Shown here: piece by piece, positions 52,901-61,084 of the stretch
Layout: each line of letters starts with the position of its first letter
How positions within the stretch are numbered: position 1 is the stretch's first letter
From: Laetmonice hystrix
Taxonomy: Eukaryota
Direction: 5' to 3'
Assembly (NCBI GenBank): GCA_965235115.1
Contig: OZ249447.1
Span: 19,158,001-19,222,000, forward strand
DNA: 64,000 nt
Notes under the pieces: model-generated
What the model was told of the DNA's origin: nothing
Seen by the model: only the letters and a program-made list of their open reading frames with translations
The model's database searches: none
Translations under genes and position numbers: made by a program

Positions 52901-52928
52901 AAATCAGTCGTCGCAGGTATCGCATCAT
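13780..52928 (-). CDS. Multi-exon gene (3'-incomplete in window): TM anchor + two ILEI/PANDER lectin-like domains + POMGNT1/MGAT1-like GT13 domain (POMGNT1-like paralog, not clearly the ortholog)
   Basis: About 21 exons with AG/GT boundaries join in one reading frame with matching intron phases. Motifs CGL..CP, GHRGIN/GGRGFN, FDTY.E, DEAS/DDAS, FRD.F/W, RRKFC.KYDGYG.FC and VIVLEEEVILAPDF...SAFNENG match the FAM3/POMGNT1 stem and GT13 catalytic regions as recalled. Confidence 0.9.
14146..14195 (-). CDS. GT13 exon QVEKALEKVWEQYPKA
   Basis: ttccag / gtaggt; 50 nt phase 1-0. Confidence 0.85.
14252..16724. mobile_element. Non-autonomous Helentron-type element (HINE/DINE-1-like) with about four 443-bp internal tandem repeats
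   Basis: Subterminal inverted repeat tagcccccac (14271) / gtgggggcta (16712), (GACG)n microsatellite 16632-16688, 3' stem-loop agcccccc-gttgt-gggggct, A-tract flanks, no TSD. Confidence 0.75.
17505..17598 (-). CDS. GT13 exon VMYDEKFDESAALAELFTFKTAKLSSSTKYV
   Basis: ctttag / gtaagt; 94 nt phase 0-1. Confidence 0.85.
17841..17917 (-). CDS. GT13 exon LNHNAVRMQLETVLMQPGIKPDMVM
   Basis: gtcgtag / gtaaag; 77 nt phase 1-0. Confidence 0.85.
18229..18324 (-). CDS. Exon EHIDDALMSAPLTDKALETHRIFRVPIIVIP (start of GT-A domain)
   Basis: ttcacag / gtaact; 96 nt phase 1-1. Confidence 0.85.
18727..18825 (-). CDS. Exon KGSKIKPDPLANKNEKRRKFCAKYDGYGDFCE
   Basis: Matches POMGNT1-type RRRFC..VEGYG.VC; ttgcag / gtgagt; 99 nt. 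Confidence 0.9.
19162..19303. mobile_element. PIF/Harbinger-like MITE
   Basis: TIR ggcccggtt...aaccgggcc extended by cttaagatct palindromes; flanks ctg/ctc. Confidence 0.75.
21579..21594 (+). promoter_or_regulatory. CTCF-like motif (similar motifs at 34374-34387 and 35228-35242)
   Basis: cctaccagggggcgca matches CCASYAGRKGGCRS; motif match only. Confidence 0.35.
22341..22410 (-). CDS. ILEI domain 2 C-terminal exon (IEFAGPASSFPKPVDKKMCVPYL)
   Basis: gttttcag / gtaagt; 70 nt phase 0-1. Confidence 0.85.
22538..22759. mobile_element. Tc1/mariner-type MITE
   Basis: TA|CAGGGTGTCCCAGA...TCTGGGATACCCTG|TA. Confidence 0.8.
24254..24407. other. Assembly gap (154 N)
   Basis: Run of n. Confidence 1.
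24479..24918. mobile_element. hAT-like MITE (caggcccgtac...gtacggccct) whose right TIR is interrupted by a SINE
   Basis: Terminal inverted match; poly-C tracts typical of this MITE type. Confidence 0.6.
24634..24901 (-). mobile_element. tRNA-derived SINE with conserved central domain
   Basis: A box gtggccgagtggt, B box ggttcgattcc, core ggtttcctccgggtactccggtttcctccac (V/Meta/Deu-SINE-like), (ACCC)n tail; 12-bp TSD ggctgcgtacgg at 24622-24633 and 24902-24913. Confidence 0.9.
27563..27689 (-). CDS. Alternative exon B of ILEI domain 2 (LSDHAKQLFNDLGSGMIQNVKFRDTWVFVGQKGISGFGEIEQ)
   Basis: ttttgtttccgcag / gtgaat; 127 nt phase 2-0; open frame; 23/42 aa identical to exon A. Absent from the supplied ORF track. 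Confidence 0.85.
28863..29664. mobile_element. PIF/Harbinger-like non-autonomous element
   Basis: TIR ggcccggtttttaaaaca / tgttttaaaaaccgggcc; 3-bp TSD CAG; multiple cttaag repeats. Confidence 0.85.
30166..30292 (-). CDS. Alternative exon A of ILEI domain 2 (LKLHAQKLFETLGSTMIDKLTFRDVWVFAGQKGIDGHSTFEE)
   Basis: ctctgtcag / gtgctg; 127 nt phase 2-0; paralog of 27563-27689. Confidence 0.85.
30788..30872 (-). CDS. ILEI domain 2 exon (SSNLEIFLEMMKDKEIILAIVHDDASK)
   Basis: cttacag / gtaagt; 85 nt phase 1-2. Confidence 0.9.
31358..31895. repeat. 212-bp perfect direct duplication (31358-31569, 31684-31895) flanking a 114-bp B-box-containing insert
   Basis: The two copies read identical; insert contains ggggttcgattcc and ends in an A-rich tail. 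Confidence 0.9.
31979..32088 (-). CDS. ILEI domain 2 exon (VIANGLNDGGRGFNIVIVDPKKKEVVRVGHFDTYSE)
   Basis: ggttag / gtatgt; 110 nt phase 2-1. Confidence 0.9.
32729..32912 (-). CDS. Linker + ILEI domain 2 start (GRLSKVEV...NCGIPKGC...TGKGNSDGPKICVNGK)
   Basis: ttatcag / gtgagt; 184 nt phase 1-2. Confidence 0.9.
35262..35328 (-). CDS. ILEI domain 1 C-terminal exon (LVPRDNNDFAPSAEVSGCLAFP)
   Basis: ctacag / gtaagt; 67 nt phase 0-1; closes frame to the next exon. Confidence 0.8.
35556..35920. mobile_element. MITE with CAGGGTGCCCAGCA TIRs
   Basis: 14-bp TIR; flanks caccat / caccgt. Confidence 0.8.
36658..36784 (-). CDS. ILEI domain 1 exon (LKDDGKEWMSQYGSSVIKKLKFRDAFVMVGQRGLTHGSAIEK)
   Basis: ttttcag / gtgagt; 127 nt phase 2-0; FRD.F..VG motif. 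Confidence 0.9.
37124..37208 (-). CDS. ILEI domain 1 exon (SALVRYLKLGVEDNFVIMATSMDEASY)
   Basis: gttacag / gtaagt; 85 nt phase 1-2; DEAS motif. Confidence 0.88.
37473..37523 (-). CDS. ILEI domain 1 exon (KTHQVVEFRYFDTYVE)
   Basis: tttttcag / gtgaga; 51 nt phase 1-1; FDTY motif. Confidence 0.85.
38405..39657. repeat. 47-bp (46-bp variant) minisatellite, about 27 copies
   Basis: Unit gagaagtccacagtatgagtcagccattctttgtatgaaccaacatt. Confidence 0.95.
39794..39852 (-). CDS. ILEI domain 1 exon (IVSPDKANGHRGINMVVIN)
   Basis: ttttcag / gtatgt; 59 nt phase 2-1; RGIN motif. Confidence 0.85.
40133..40244 (-). CDS. ILEI domain 1 exon (KPKCGLTEICPSGKYAYYIKSGVGKDVSPHICFDGN)
   Basis: FAM3-like CG...CP...KSG...P.IC motif; tttcag / gtgagt; 112 nt phase 1-2. 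Confidence 0.9.
40777..40953 (-). CDS. Lys/Pro-rich linker exon (PKQTELNKG...KPPVEKNP)
   Basis: cactcag acceptor, G|gtgagt donor, 177 nt, open phase 1-1. Confidence 0.8.
41626..41637 (-). CDS. Candidate 12-nt microexon GACTGAGGCCAG
   Basis: gtttctgccag|GACTGAGGCCAG|gtaagt; frame-preserving. Confidence 0.5.
42753..42758 (-). CDS. Candidate 6-nt microexon ATGACG
   Basis: ttttctgccttggaacag|ATGACG|gtatgt; frame-preserving. Confidence 0.45.
42981..42986 (-). CDS. Candidate 6-nt microexon ACAAAG
   Basis: tgc...ggaacag|ACAAAG|gtatgt; frame-preserving between phase-1 exons. Confidence 0.4.
43447..47609. repeat. 82/83-bp satellite (about 36 copies), split by a transposon insertion
   Basis: Unit ccagtccacatctaaaccccgccaactgctaactcagtaactggtcgtcgatacaataataatacatgaccaggacaccaaca; blocks 43447-43911 and 45092-47609. 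Confidence 0.95.
43912..45091. mobile_element. 1180-bp non-autonomous DNA transposon with CAGGGATGCCAGTT TIRs
   Basis: TIR extends imperfectly to about 31 bp; 6-bp TSD agtaac defined unambiguously against the satellite unit; internal 75-bp GC-rich tandem duplication at about 44637-44786. Confidence 0.9.
48088..48460. mobile_element. Partial copy of the Tc2/pogo-like element at 51529
   Basis: Clear homology to 51529-52080; lacks the Harbinger MITE (empty site ctg at 48380-48382). Confidence 0.75.
48817..49131. repeat. 39-bp minisatellite, about 8 copies
   Basis: Unit cctgaattccggatgtcctttcttatttcatctttctat. Confidence 0.95.
51529..52190. mobile_element. TcMar-Tc2/pogo-like MITE
   Basis: TIR ccgtaatcttccgtgtacaagctgc / gcagcttgtacacggacgattacgg; flanked by CA on both sides. 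Confidence 0.75.
51829..51994. mobile_element. Harbinger-like MITE nested in the Tc2-like element
   Basis: Long TIR with aagcttaagc repeats; TSD CTG supported by the empty paralogous site at 48380. Confidence 0.9.
52522..52623 (-). CDS. Signal-anchor/TM exon GMRNFLIWTAAVVITIYFIDTYILTRDRLEALVL
   Basis: ttttcctgcag acceptor, G|gtgagt donor, 102 nt phase 1-1, hydrophobic stretch. Confidence 0.8.
52886..52928 (-). CDS. First coding exon MMRYLRRLIFKYFG (exon probably 52886-52958)
   Basis: Acceptor ttttcag at 52959, ATG at 52928, donor G|gtgagt, phase 1; short basic cytoplasmic tail typical of type II Golgi proteins. Confidence 0.7.
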
Positions 52929-53479
52929 GGAGCTTCTAAAGAGGCTAAAAGCCTCGACCTGAAAACAATTAAAGCAATCAAAGTAAAGCAATTAACAAAA
53001 AGCATAACTTTCATAAGTCTAACAACCTACTTGGCCAAGTTGGTGTTGACATGTGATGTATTCCGGTGAGTTTAGAGCATGGTCATTTGTCAAATGGCAG
53101 TTCCACTGTTTCTTTGAGAGTATTAGATTATTATTCGAGTGTTCGATAAATCTTAATTTTAAACACTTTCATCACCAAACACCACTTTCTTCTACAGTGC
53201 TGGTTGTCCATACATTTGTGTATATCAAACTTCAAAGTGGTTGTCTGTATTTCAAAATACAGACAACAGCAAAATCATTTTGTTACCCATGCATATTTAT
53301 TCCTTACAATAGAAAAAGACTTTTATTTTTATTCCAGCTGAGCATAACTGTTATGAACTTATGAGTTGAGTAACTCGGGGTGAGTAGTGTTTAAACAGTT
53401 AAATTGTTACAGTCCCATATAAGAGGAGGCAATTTTTTTAAGATTCAGGTGGTGGGTGATACATGTATATGTTTAGCAA

Positions 53480-53885
53480 GCAGGACCTAGGAATGCTAAG
53501 CAGTCTACACCGGAATTTTCATGGTACTGGTACTGCTACGATTGACAATCTACATCATGGCCACCCACCAGGAGGGGTAGCAATAGTGTGGCGTTTCTGC
53601 TATCACACGTTTGTAACCTCACTAAAATTGATTTGGTCCCTATGCTGAGGGACAAAGCTAACGTCAAATATGGCCTGAGGTACATCAAGCAGCATGAGAA
53701 CATGTTGCGTAGTGAGTCTCTCGCTAGAAAGATGATGGGCCAAAAGCCTGAGGCTTTTTGGCAGGAAATTGAGTTGATGAACAATGCCAAGACATCTCTG
53801 CCTAGCAGCAATGATGGTGTAGCTGGTGGGGAAAATATCAGTGGGATGTGGAAGGAACATTACAAGGACTTCTTCAATTGTATTT
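53480..53885 (+). mobile_element. Internally deleted LINE ORF2 relic (APE endonuclease motif + pre-RT region)
   Basis: QDLGMLSSLH...GHPPGGVAIVW joined to ANVKYGLRYIKQHE..LRSE.LA.K.....FWQEI...N....LP...DG..G.ENI..MWKEHY. Confidence 0.75.
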
Positions 53886-53902
53886 GAGATAATGTGATTG
53901 AC

Positions 53903-54386
53903 GTAGTACAGCCAGTCAATTTCCGCGATCACGGAATCGCAGGCGGAATCACGGAATTTACTATCTGAAATGGAATTTCCAGTGTAAAATGGGGGGAAAA
54001 AAATGGAAAACGTCTTTTTCACTACTGGTAATTCCCCAGCCGACCGTATGTACAGCGTAGCTGGGACCTGGGTTGGCCTGACAAGGGGGGAAGGGAGGGA
54101 GGCCCGGCCGATTAGAGCTCGACTTCAGCCTCATTAAAAGCTGTGACCTGCCCACTCCTCCTGTGGGCAGCCGTTACTCTTGAACTCTTCTTATAGCGAA
54201 CAGACTGGACAAATGTGACAGGTGTGCAGATATGGTTGTGCATTTTTGGGGGACAACCTGTATACTGAGAAAATATTGAAATGGAAAAAGAAACGGAATT
54301 TTTAAAATTCAAGCGAAAAAAAATAGGGAATTTTTCATTTTCAAAATGGAATTTCCTGACAAGGATCACAGAATTTGACTGGGTCT
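53903..54386. mobile_element. MITE with ccagtcaatttccgcgatc / gatcacagaatttgactgg inverted ends
   Basis: Imperfect TIRs and repeated ggaattt motifs; exact ends uncertain. Confidence 0.55.
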
Positions 54387-54510
54387 ACAGTAGATGGATC
54401 ATTCCACTTTTGGCCCTTTGTAATTACGGGTCTTTTTGTGCATGGCTACCTCCCAGACTCCGTTATCTGTTGTCTTGGTCTTGGACGAAACAATGTGTTT
54501 GGGTTAGGGT

Positions 54511-54892
54511 GGTAACACAACATGTCCGCCCAGTCATGTCCGCCCCCCGGGATGTAGGCCCCTACCCCCGGTCATGTCCCCCTTCATGTCCGGCCCTCGC
54601 CGCTCCGCTCAAGAAGCGCCCGGCAAGGGACACGTTACCTACGACGAGGTGGCTCTCATTTGTTGGGCACTTAGCGATTACAATAATTGATCTAGGGTAC
54701 GTTGTTGATACCGGTACACTCCTCTAACTCAGTACAGTAGACTGTCCTAGTCACGTTGACGGCTTTTCCCGGGACCACGGGGCACGGGCGGCAGGGTGGG
54801 CGGTTGACTGAGTCGAGTGTCTATCACAGAGGCAAGGCGGGCGGGAGGTACCGAGGGGCGGACATGGCGACAGGCGGACATGTCGTGTATTC
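54511..54892. mobile_element. Mutator-like non-autonomous element
   Basis: Ends GGTAACAC...GTGTATTC, catgtccgcc subterminal repeats, 8-bp TSD gttagggt. Confidence 0.8.
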
Positions 54893-55096
54893 GTTAGGGT
54901 AAAGGTTAGATCTAGGGTTAGTGTTAGTTTAGTCCAAAAATTGTTGTTAATAAGGCACTAATTAGATAATCCGCTATTCTGCCGTTGGACATCATCTAAT
55001 AAGAATCCAGTATTGCAGTCACATGACCCATTCAAACGCCGGCAGAATAACCACTGCCTATTATTTACGTCAAAAAAGCCCACCGACCAAACTTAC

Positions 55097-55745
55097 AATT
55101 TACAAATTTATAACAAGTGCTCACACAATCCTAACAACAAGTAAACAACAACAACACACAATACACATGCCCATGGTATGCTTATGTAAAATATACTGCC
55201 ATTTATCTGCAATTCTGGAGTTTTGGAGATGCAACGCATGTGTCAGTGAACGTCGTAAGTAACTTCCCCGTTAGTGTGGGAAACCTCAGACTTCTTAGTG
55301 TGGCACTAATGAAGGCAAGGCCAAGCCCAAGGCCAAGGGTCGATGAACATGCCAGGCCAGAGGGCCCAGCCCCACCACCCTAGCCAGGGGCCAGGCAAGG
55401 GTTTACGGAATGACAACTTCCTAAGCTCCAACTACCGGTATAGAATCCCTCGACTGAGGTGCTGCCTTCACTCCTACATGTACAATTTACACTTGAATCT
55501 GGTCATTAAGTCTTACCTTTTCTGATCAGTCGCCAAAACAGGCTTTCGTTGCAAATGTTGTCAAGTGTCTATCACAAATGCACTCCCTCGCCTACACGGC
55601 TGCCATACTAGAATTTTATCCAATCAGAACAGTCCACACATAAGTAGAGTCACGGCCGAATTCCTTTAAAACGATCTGCTTTGATTGGTCAGTATTTTCT
55701 CATTGTGAGGCTGATAGGTCAGCTGTACGGAAGTTCATCTTCAAC
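55097..55745. promoter_or_regulatory. Probable bidirectional promoter between the two divergent genes
   Basis: CCAAT-type boxes (ccaatc 55620, gattgg 55683), ETS-like cggaagt at about 55728 and acttcc at about 55262; minus-strand donor gtaagt at 55096 could end a non-coding first exon of the POMGNT1-like gene (unverified). Confidence 0.55.
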
Positions 55746-55869
55746 ATGGCTTCCAGTCTGCCAGCGGAATTTTCTAAATTCTGCAAACAAGCTAAACAAC
55801 TTAGACAGATCCTTAAGGACACAAAGAGATGCTTTCAGGATATTAACGCTGCTGGAAACTTTGACCCTG
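55746..55869 (+). CDS. DSTYK: DSTYK coding exon 1 (MASSLPAEFSKFCKQAKQLRQILKDTKRCFQDINAAGNFDP)
   Basis: caacATGG start, G|gtaagt donor; resembles the DSTYK N-terminus (F.RY..L...L.ET..FF.DI) and joins in frame to exon 2. Confidence 0.85.
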
Positions 55870-56169
55870 GTAAGTTTACGACTTGGTTTATTGCCTTGTT
55901 ACTCTTGACATGACCTTGTTTTGGAGTGTGTTTCGCTTTGTGTTTGTGTTGTGACACTTCGCTTGACTTTCACAGTTGTGAACAACTTGTGATTGTACCG
56001 TCAGTACAGGTCTGGTGATCGCAGACGTAGTAGCTGTACTGACGACTGCAGTACTGCTGTCAGCTGTGGGTACTGTCTGACTGTCAGTGTCACTGTCACG
56101 GTGACTACTGTTAGTCTCGGCATTAGACGTGGACACCCTTAACGGTATCCAGTCACTGTGAGCGTCAGC

Positions 56170-57424
56170 GGTAACCAGTCGATATGGCCCAGGACCGTTA
56201 TGGCCCAGATGATATGGCCCAGGGTGCCAGACGATATGGCCCGGGGTACCAGTCGATATGGCCCACGGTTCTGGTCGATATGGCCCGGCCAGTCGGACTA
56301 TATGGCCCACTCTCACTCAGTGGTGAGGAGTCTGGGACAGGGAGTTAGGGGGCCTGGGACAGGGAGTCGGGGGGGGGGGGGCTGCATGGGGCGGGGAGTC
56401 GGGGCCTGGGACGAAGAGTCAGGTGGCCTGCATATGGGGCAGGGAGACATGGGGCCTGGGACGGAGGGTCAGGTGGCCTGCATGGGGCAGGGGGCCAGGG
56501 ACGGGGAGTCAGGGGGGATGTCAGGGTGTCAGGTGAAAACGTCCCCAACCAAAGACGTCCCTAGGTGAAAACGTCCCCAAGGTGAAACGTCCCCATTGGC
56601 ATTAGGCCAATGTATTGTTCCTATATAGACTCTATTTGTGAATTGTTTGTTACATGTTGGTGTGATACCATGTTACAGGCCTTATAAAGTTATATTAGAT
56701 TGAGAGAATGCCCAACATGTCAACCCCTCGCAAAATCCGCCCGATCGTGTCCGCCCCACCCTGCCGCCCGTGTTCCCGGCATATCCAAGCCCTCCTCTCC
56801 CTTCCCTACCTCCTCGCGGAACACATTTCATGACATCGGCCTTCGAAATTACAAAGTACGGCCCAAAGTAATCATTCTTTTCATGGAATACATTTTCCAA
56901 CCAGTGGATCAGCGGGAGCATGCCGAGGGGCGGACATATGACCGGTGGTGGTTGGGGACGTTTTCACTTGGGGACGTCCTTGCATGGGGACGTTTTCACT
57001 GGCATTCGATGTCAGACCCTGAGGGGGCATGGGATGGGGAGTCAGGGGCCCCCGTATGCCTTCAAGACCACGGGTCAACATTTTGGTCGGCCGGGCGCAC
57101 CGACAGTTGACACCTATATGCATGCGACTGGCCACTGATAGAGTATACGAGTGTACAGCCAGAGGTCTGACTGATATATGGCTAGAGTAGGCGTAGGCCT
57201 ACATGTCAGAACATTATATTTCCAAAACATATGAACAGTTGAGTCTCTTACCCTTATAGGCATGATATTGGTCAAAATGTCATGTTATATCAAAGATGGG
57301 CCATATAGACCCACTGGATGGGCCATATCGACCGTGGACCATATAGACCAGAGGCCATATCGACTGGGAGTGGGCCATATCGACCATGGGCCATATCGAC
57401 CATGGGCCATATCGACTGGCATTC
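56170..57424. mobile_element. Mutator-like element, middle member of the nest
   Basis: Ends GGTAACCAGT...ACTGGCATTC, cgatatggccc repeats, 8-bp TSD gcgtcagc. Confidence 0.85.
56525..57007. mobile_element. Mutator-like element, inner member of the nest
   Basis: Ends GGTGTCAGGTGAAAACG...CGTTTTCACTGGCATTC, aaacgtcccc repeats, 8-bp TSD gatgtcag. Confidence 0.85.
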
Positions 57425-58658
57425 GCGTCAGCCACTGTGAGCGGCAGTTACTGTGAGCGGCTTGATTTGGATGGTTTCATGGAAATCAGTACATATTTAG
57501 AGCTTTTAATCAGTGGTAGATCTAATTGTGGAAATGCAGACATAGGCCTAACGTTAACGTTATATATACGTAACAGTGTAGTCAAAGTAAAAATATAAAA
57601 TTAACACTGCCCCTCACTCCACTCAAATACCCTTGGCCTTGCCGGGCGCCTCTGTAGGACCTACCAGCGAAGCGGCGAGGAGCGGACATGTGATGAGCCA
57701 CCCCGTAACGCAGCGTGTCCCTTGCCGGGCGCCTCGAGCCTTGACCGCCGCTCACAACAACTGCCGCTCACACTGACTGCCGCTCACAGTTGCTGCCGCT
57801 CACAGTAACTGGTATTCCCCTTAACAGCTTCGCGTTAAGGATGTGGGACAAGCCATAGAGAATTTACCAAATGCGTGGGTTGGCTAGGTTTCAACGCCGA
57901 TTTCAAATCCCTGTTGCGATGTCTACTTACAATAAAATGCCCATGTTAATGCGTATAGTGTTCGCTAGGATCTTGGTCAAGGAATTATCTATTCCGAAGG
58001 TGATTTCGACTTGTCAGGCCTTTTGTTGTAAGTTCAGTCCGACTTATTAAAACTCTCCGTCGCGATTCGGCTCCGTGGTAACATGAATCAGCTGGTTCCG
58101 GTTCCATTTGCACATGCGCAGTACCGACAGACAACAATGGCGGACAGGAACGAATCTTCGATTTGCTTCGATTCAGGGTATAAAAACGGCCGTAATATAT
58201 TACAGAAGGAACGCATTACTTCCTAAACTGTGCGCTGCACGTCGTCAGATGTAAATGGAAGTAATCATGTATTCGTAGAGATATGAATCGGTGCCGTTTC
58301 TTTATTTGAAGGGATTTTGCAAATTCTCTATGACGTTTCTAACGACCCTAACACGCTAGTGTATAGGGGAGAGTCAACGGCTAGTCTCGGCATTAGACTT
58401 AGTCTTATAACTCTTAGTCTTAGACTTAGAATTAAATTAATTATTTATCATTTATTTTAGGCCACTTAAAAAAAGTTGCCGATCTCCTTTTCTACAGGCT
58501 ACACAACAAAAATCAGGGAAGGGAGAGGGTTTTTTAAATATTTTTTTATTTTAATAAAACCAAAATATGTTCCTGCAAGTGGAAGATATTGCCACGAGCT
58601 ATTTTGCAAGACAACAGCGGCGCATGCCGAATCTGGTTCCGATGATGGTCGATAGGGG

Positions 58659-59141
58659 GGTGTCCAGAGCGCCAGAGGAGTCTGCTATGCGAGAAGTACG
58701 CTACGGTATTTTCAGAGGAGTGTGCTACGCCACCTGTGCCGGGTCGGGGAAGGGTTTGGGGCGGCGTGGGAGTGGGCGGCCGCAGACCCGGAGCCGGGGC
58801 CGACGGGCACAACGTGAAACCGACGGGTCGGGAGGGGAGGGTGGTGCCGGAGTGGACGACCACCATCGCCACCTCGCCCCGCGGGAGGGAAGGCTGCTGC
58901 AGGCACACACTCATTTTGAACTCGCGATTCATAAACTGTGCTACGCATCGTTATCAGACTTAGATTAGAGTCTACAACATAGCAATGTTCATAAGCTAGT
59001 GTAAAGTCCGAGTAAATAGCACCCCTCCTTATACGCATGTTAATGGGCACAGGGTCCGGGGAGGGGCCGCGGCGGCCTGGCTGAGTCGCGTAGCACAGAA
59101 CGAGTAGCACACTCCTCGCGTAGCACACTCCTCTGGCAACC
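58659..59141. mobile_element. Mutator-like non-autonomous element
   Basis: Ends GGTGTCCAGAG...CTCTGGCAACC, gtgtgctacgc/gcgtagcacac repeats, 8-bp TSD gatagggg. Confidence 0.8.
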
Positions 59142-59731
59142 GATAGGGGCGCCTCCGCATGAAACAAACTTATAACATAGTCCTGGCATTTTTCTAAAAT
59201 ATCTTGCATCTCATTTCAATTAAAATTTTAATAAAATATATATTATGTCTGCTAATGTTCTGATGTGCAGTCAGTGCTGCAAACAAGTTAAATTACCAAC
59301 TTGGTGGTCAGACCAGACCAGTAAGTCCAGATACTTAGTGGTCCATCTCAAATTTTGGTGGTCCAACCTGACAACGAAGGAGACCAATTGACCTCAAGCC
59401 TCCCTAAGACCTCCTCCCATGCCTCCCTCTCCTCTTCCCCTCTTCCAAGGACTCCCCTTCTCAAACTGAAACCCATCTGTTGCCATCTTTGAAAGTGGGT
59501 CGGCACCTCCTGACGTGTTTTAAACCTGTGACCCCTCCCTTCCGGCCCGGGTCCTTGGTCGCCAAAGTGGGAGAGTGTCACAGACATTTTTGTCGACCAC
59601 CCCAAGACTTGGTCGCCTCGGGCGAGTGGGCGAAAGTCATGCCTTTTATGTATTTTTGTAATGATTTACACTTGCCATAGGTGTCAGAATAGTTGCAAAT
59701 TTAGTGACATGTACCTGTTTTCTGTTCACAG

Positions 59732-60252
59732 GACAATCAGTCATTGCTTGTCTCTCTGCAGAAGAGGAGGAACAAATCAATGCTATCGTCAGGAAGCCCC
59801 CGTGTTTGGTTATATTTGGACAGACCCTTTATGCCAAGGCTTTCCTGGTGAATGAAATTTTCAGCAAGACAATTATTCCACAGCCTGAATGCGACGAGGA
59901 GGGTGTGAGATGGCGGATGATCCGTTTCAAGTATGGGGACAATCCAAATATCAGTCTCTCGCTGCCAGGCAGCTTTGAACTGGTGGATCACCTGGAAACT
60001 AGCACAGGGCCCTGGAATACGGTTCCTTTGGAAGATCTAGAAATAGCAAGCTCTGATATAGAGGCCAGTGATTCTGCCAAGAGAACTGCAGTTTTAGAGG
60101 TGCGATTACCACATTCTCTACTGAAGGAAAGGGGCCAAGTTGTGGTGTCCCAGTGGAACGTAGGGACTGTAGAGCAAGTCTACAATAGGAGCATCGATGA
60201 TGTTGTACCAGTCATTCTCTATGTGATCTCAAAAGATAAGTTATCTGATAAG
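59732..60252 (+). CDS. DSTYK: DSTYK coding exon 2
   Basis: ttcacag / gtgagt; PCLVIFGQ, RMIRFKYG, SLSLPGSFELV, WNTVPLEDLE and PVILY match DSTYK/RIPK5. Confidence 0.93.
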
Positions 60253-61084
60253 GTGAGTGATCATCACTTCATATATCTATATTAAAATTAGACAGTAACT
60301 TTTTTAACTCACTTCAATGCAACATGATGATATTCTGCAATCCCACTCAGGACTTCAAAATTATGTACAATCAAAAAAAAGAGCTTATAATTAATATGGC
60401 ATGCTCATACAAGGCTTATTCATTGACTTAGCATTGAACATGGAATCATAATGCATTACTTCATATCTGTTTCTAGTGTACCCGGTATGACTAATATTTG
60501 AGATAATTCTCTGGTCCACATATATTCACAATGTCTATTCGGGTCACAGATGTAAAAAACAATGTATATTCAGGTGACGACATTATTCTCGAGCTGACTC
60601 TGTATACAATTTTAAAATAGCGTGCTGCAATGGGATAAGCATGCACATGAAAATTACAGTCATGACTCCAGTTTTTTGTAAATCCTTCATTTTGATGTAT
60701 TAATTAATTATTAGGTTTTGCTGAATTTTTGGCACCCAGTAGTACTGACCAGTGCACCCACTTGGGTTCTTGCCCGGCACAGTACCAACTCATATAAATT
60801 GTGAGTGGGCAAGCGTCCATTCTGTCCCCTGTGTAATGGAGAGCCTTATGGAGCCATTTGTTATTTGATGACAACTTTTTTTAGACACATATATATTGTG
60901 CTTTGGTGACCTTGTTTTGTGCGTGTGTTTGGCTCAAAGCCAGTGTATATAGACCCAAATATTTTCCTTTCATACACTTTGTCGACTTTGAAGATTCTTG
61001 TAGGATGTAATGTAATTTGCTCAAATCGATGTGATGATATATTGTAAACTATCTGATTGATGTGTCATTTGGTTTGGATTGCAG

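Larger units (their letters stand above)
56144..57817. mobile_element. Mutator-like element, outer member of the nest
   Basis: Ends GGTATCCAGT...ACTGGTATTC, ctgtgagcgg repeats, 8-bp TSD cccttaac. Confidence 0.85.

Noticed and set aside
58137-58226. DSTYK first coding exon
   Set aside because: In-frame stop and no similarity; 55746-55869 fits sequence and phase.
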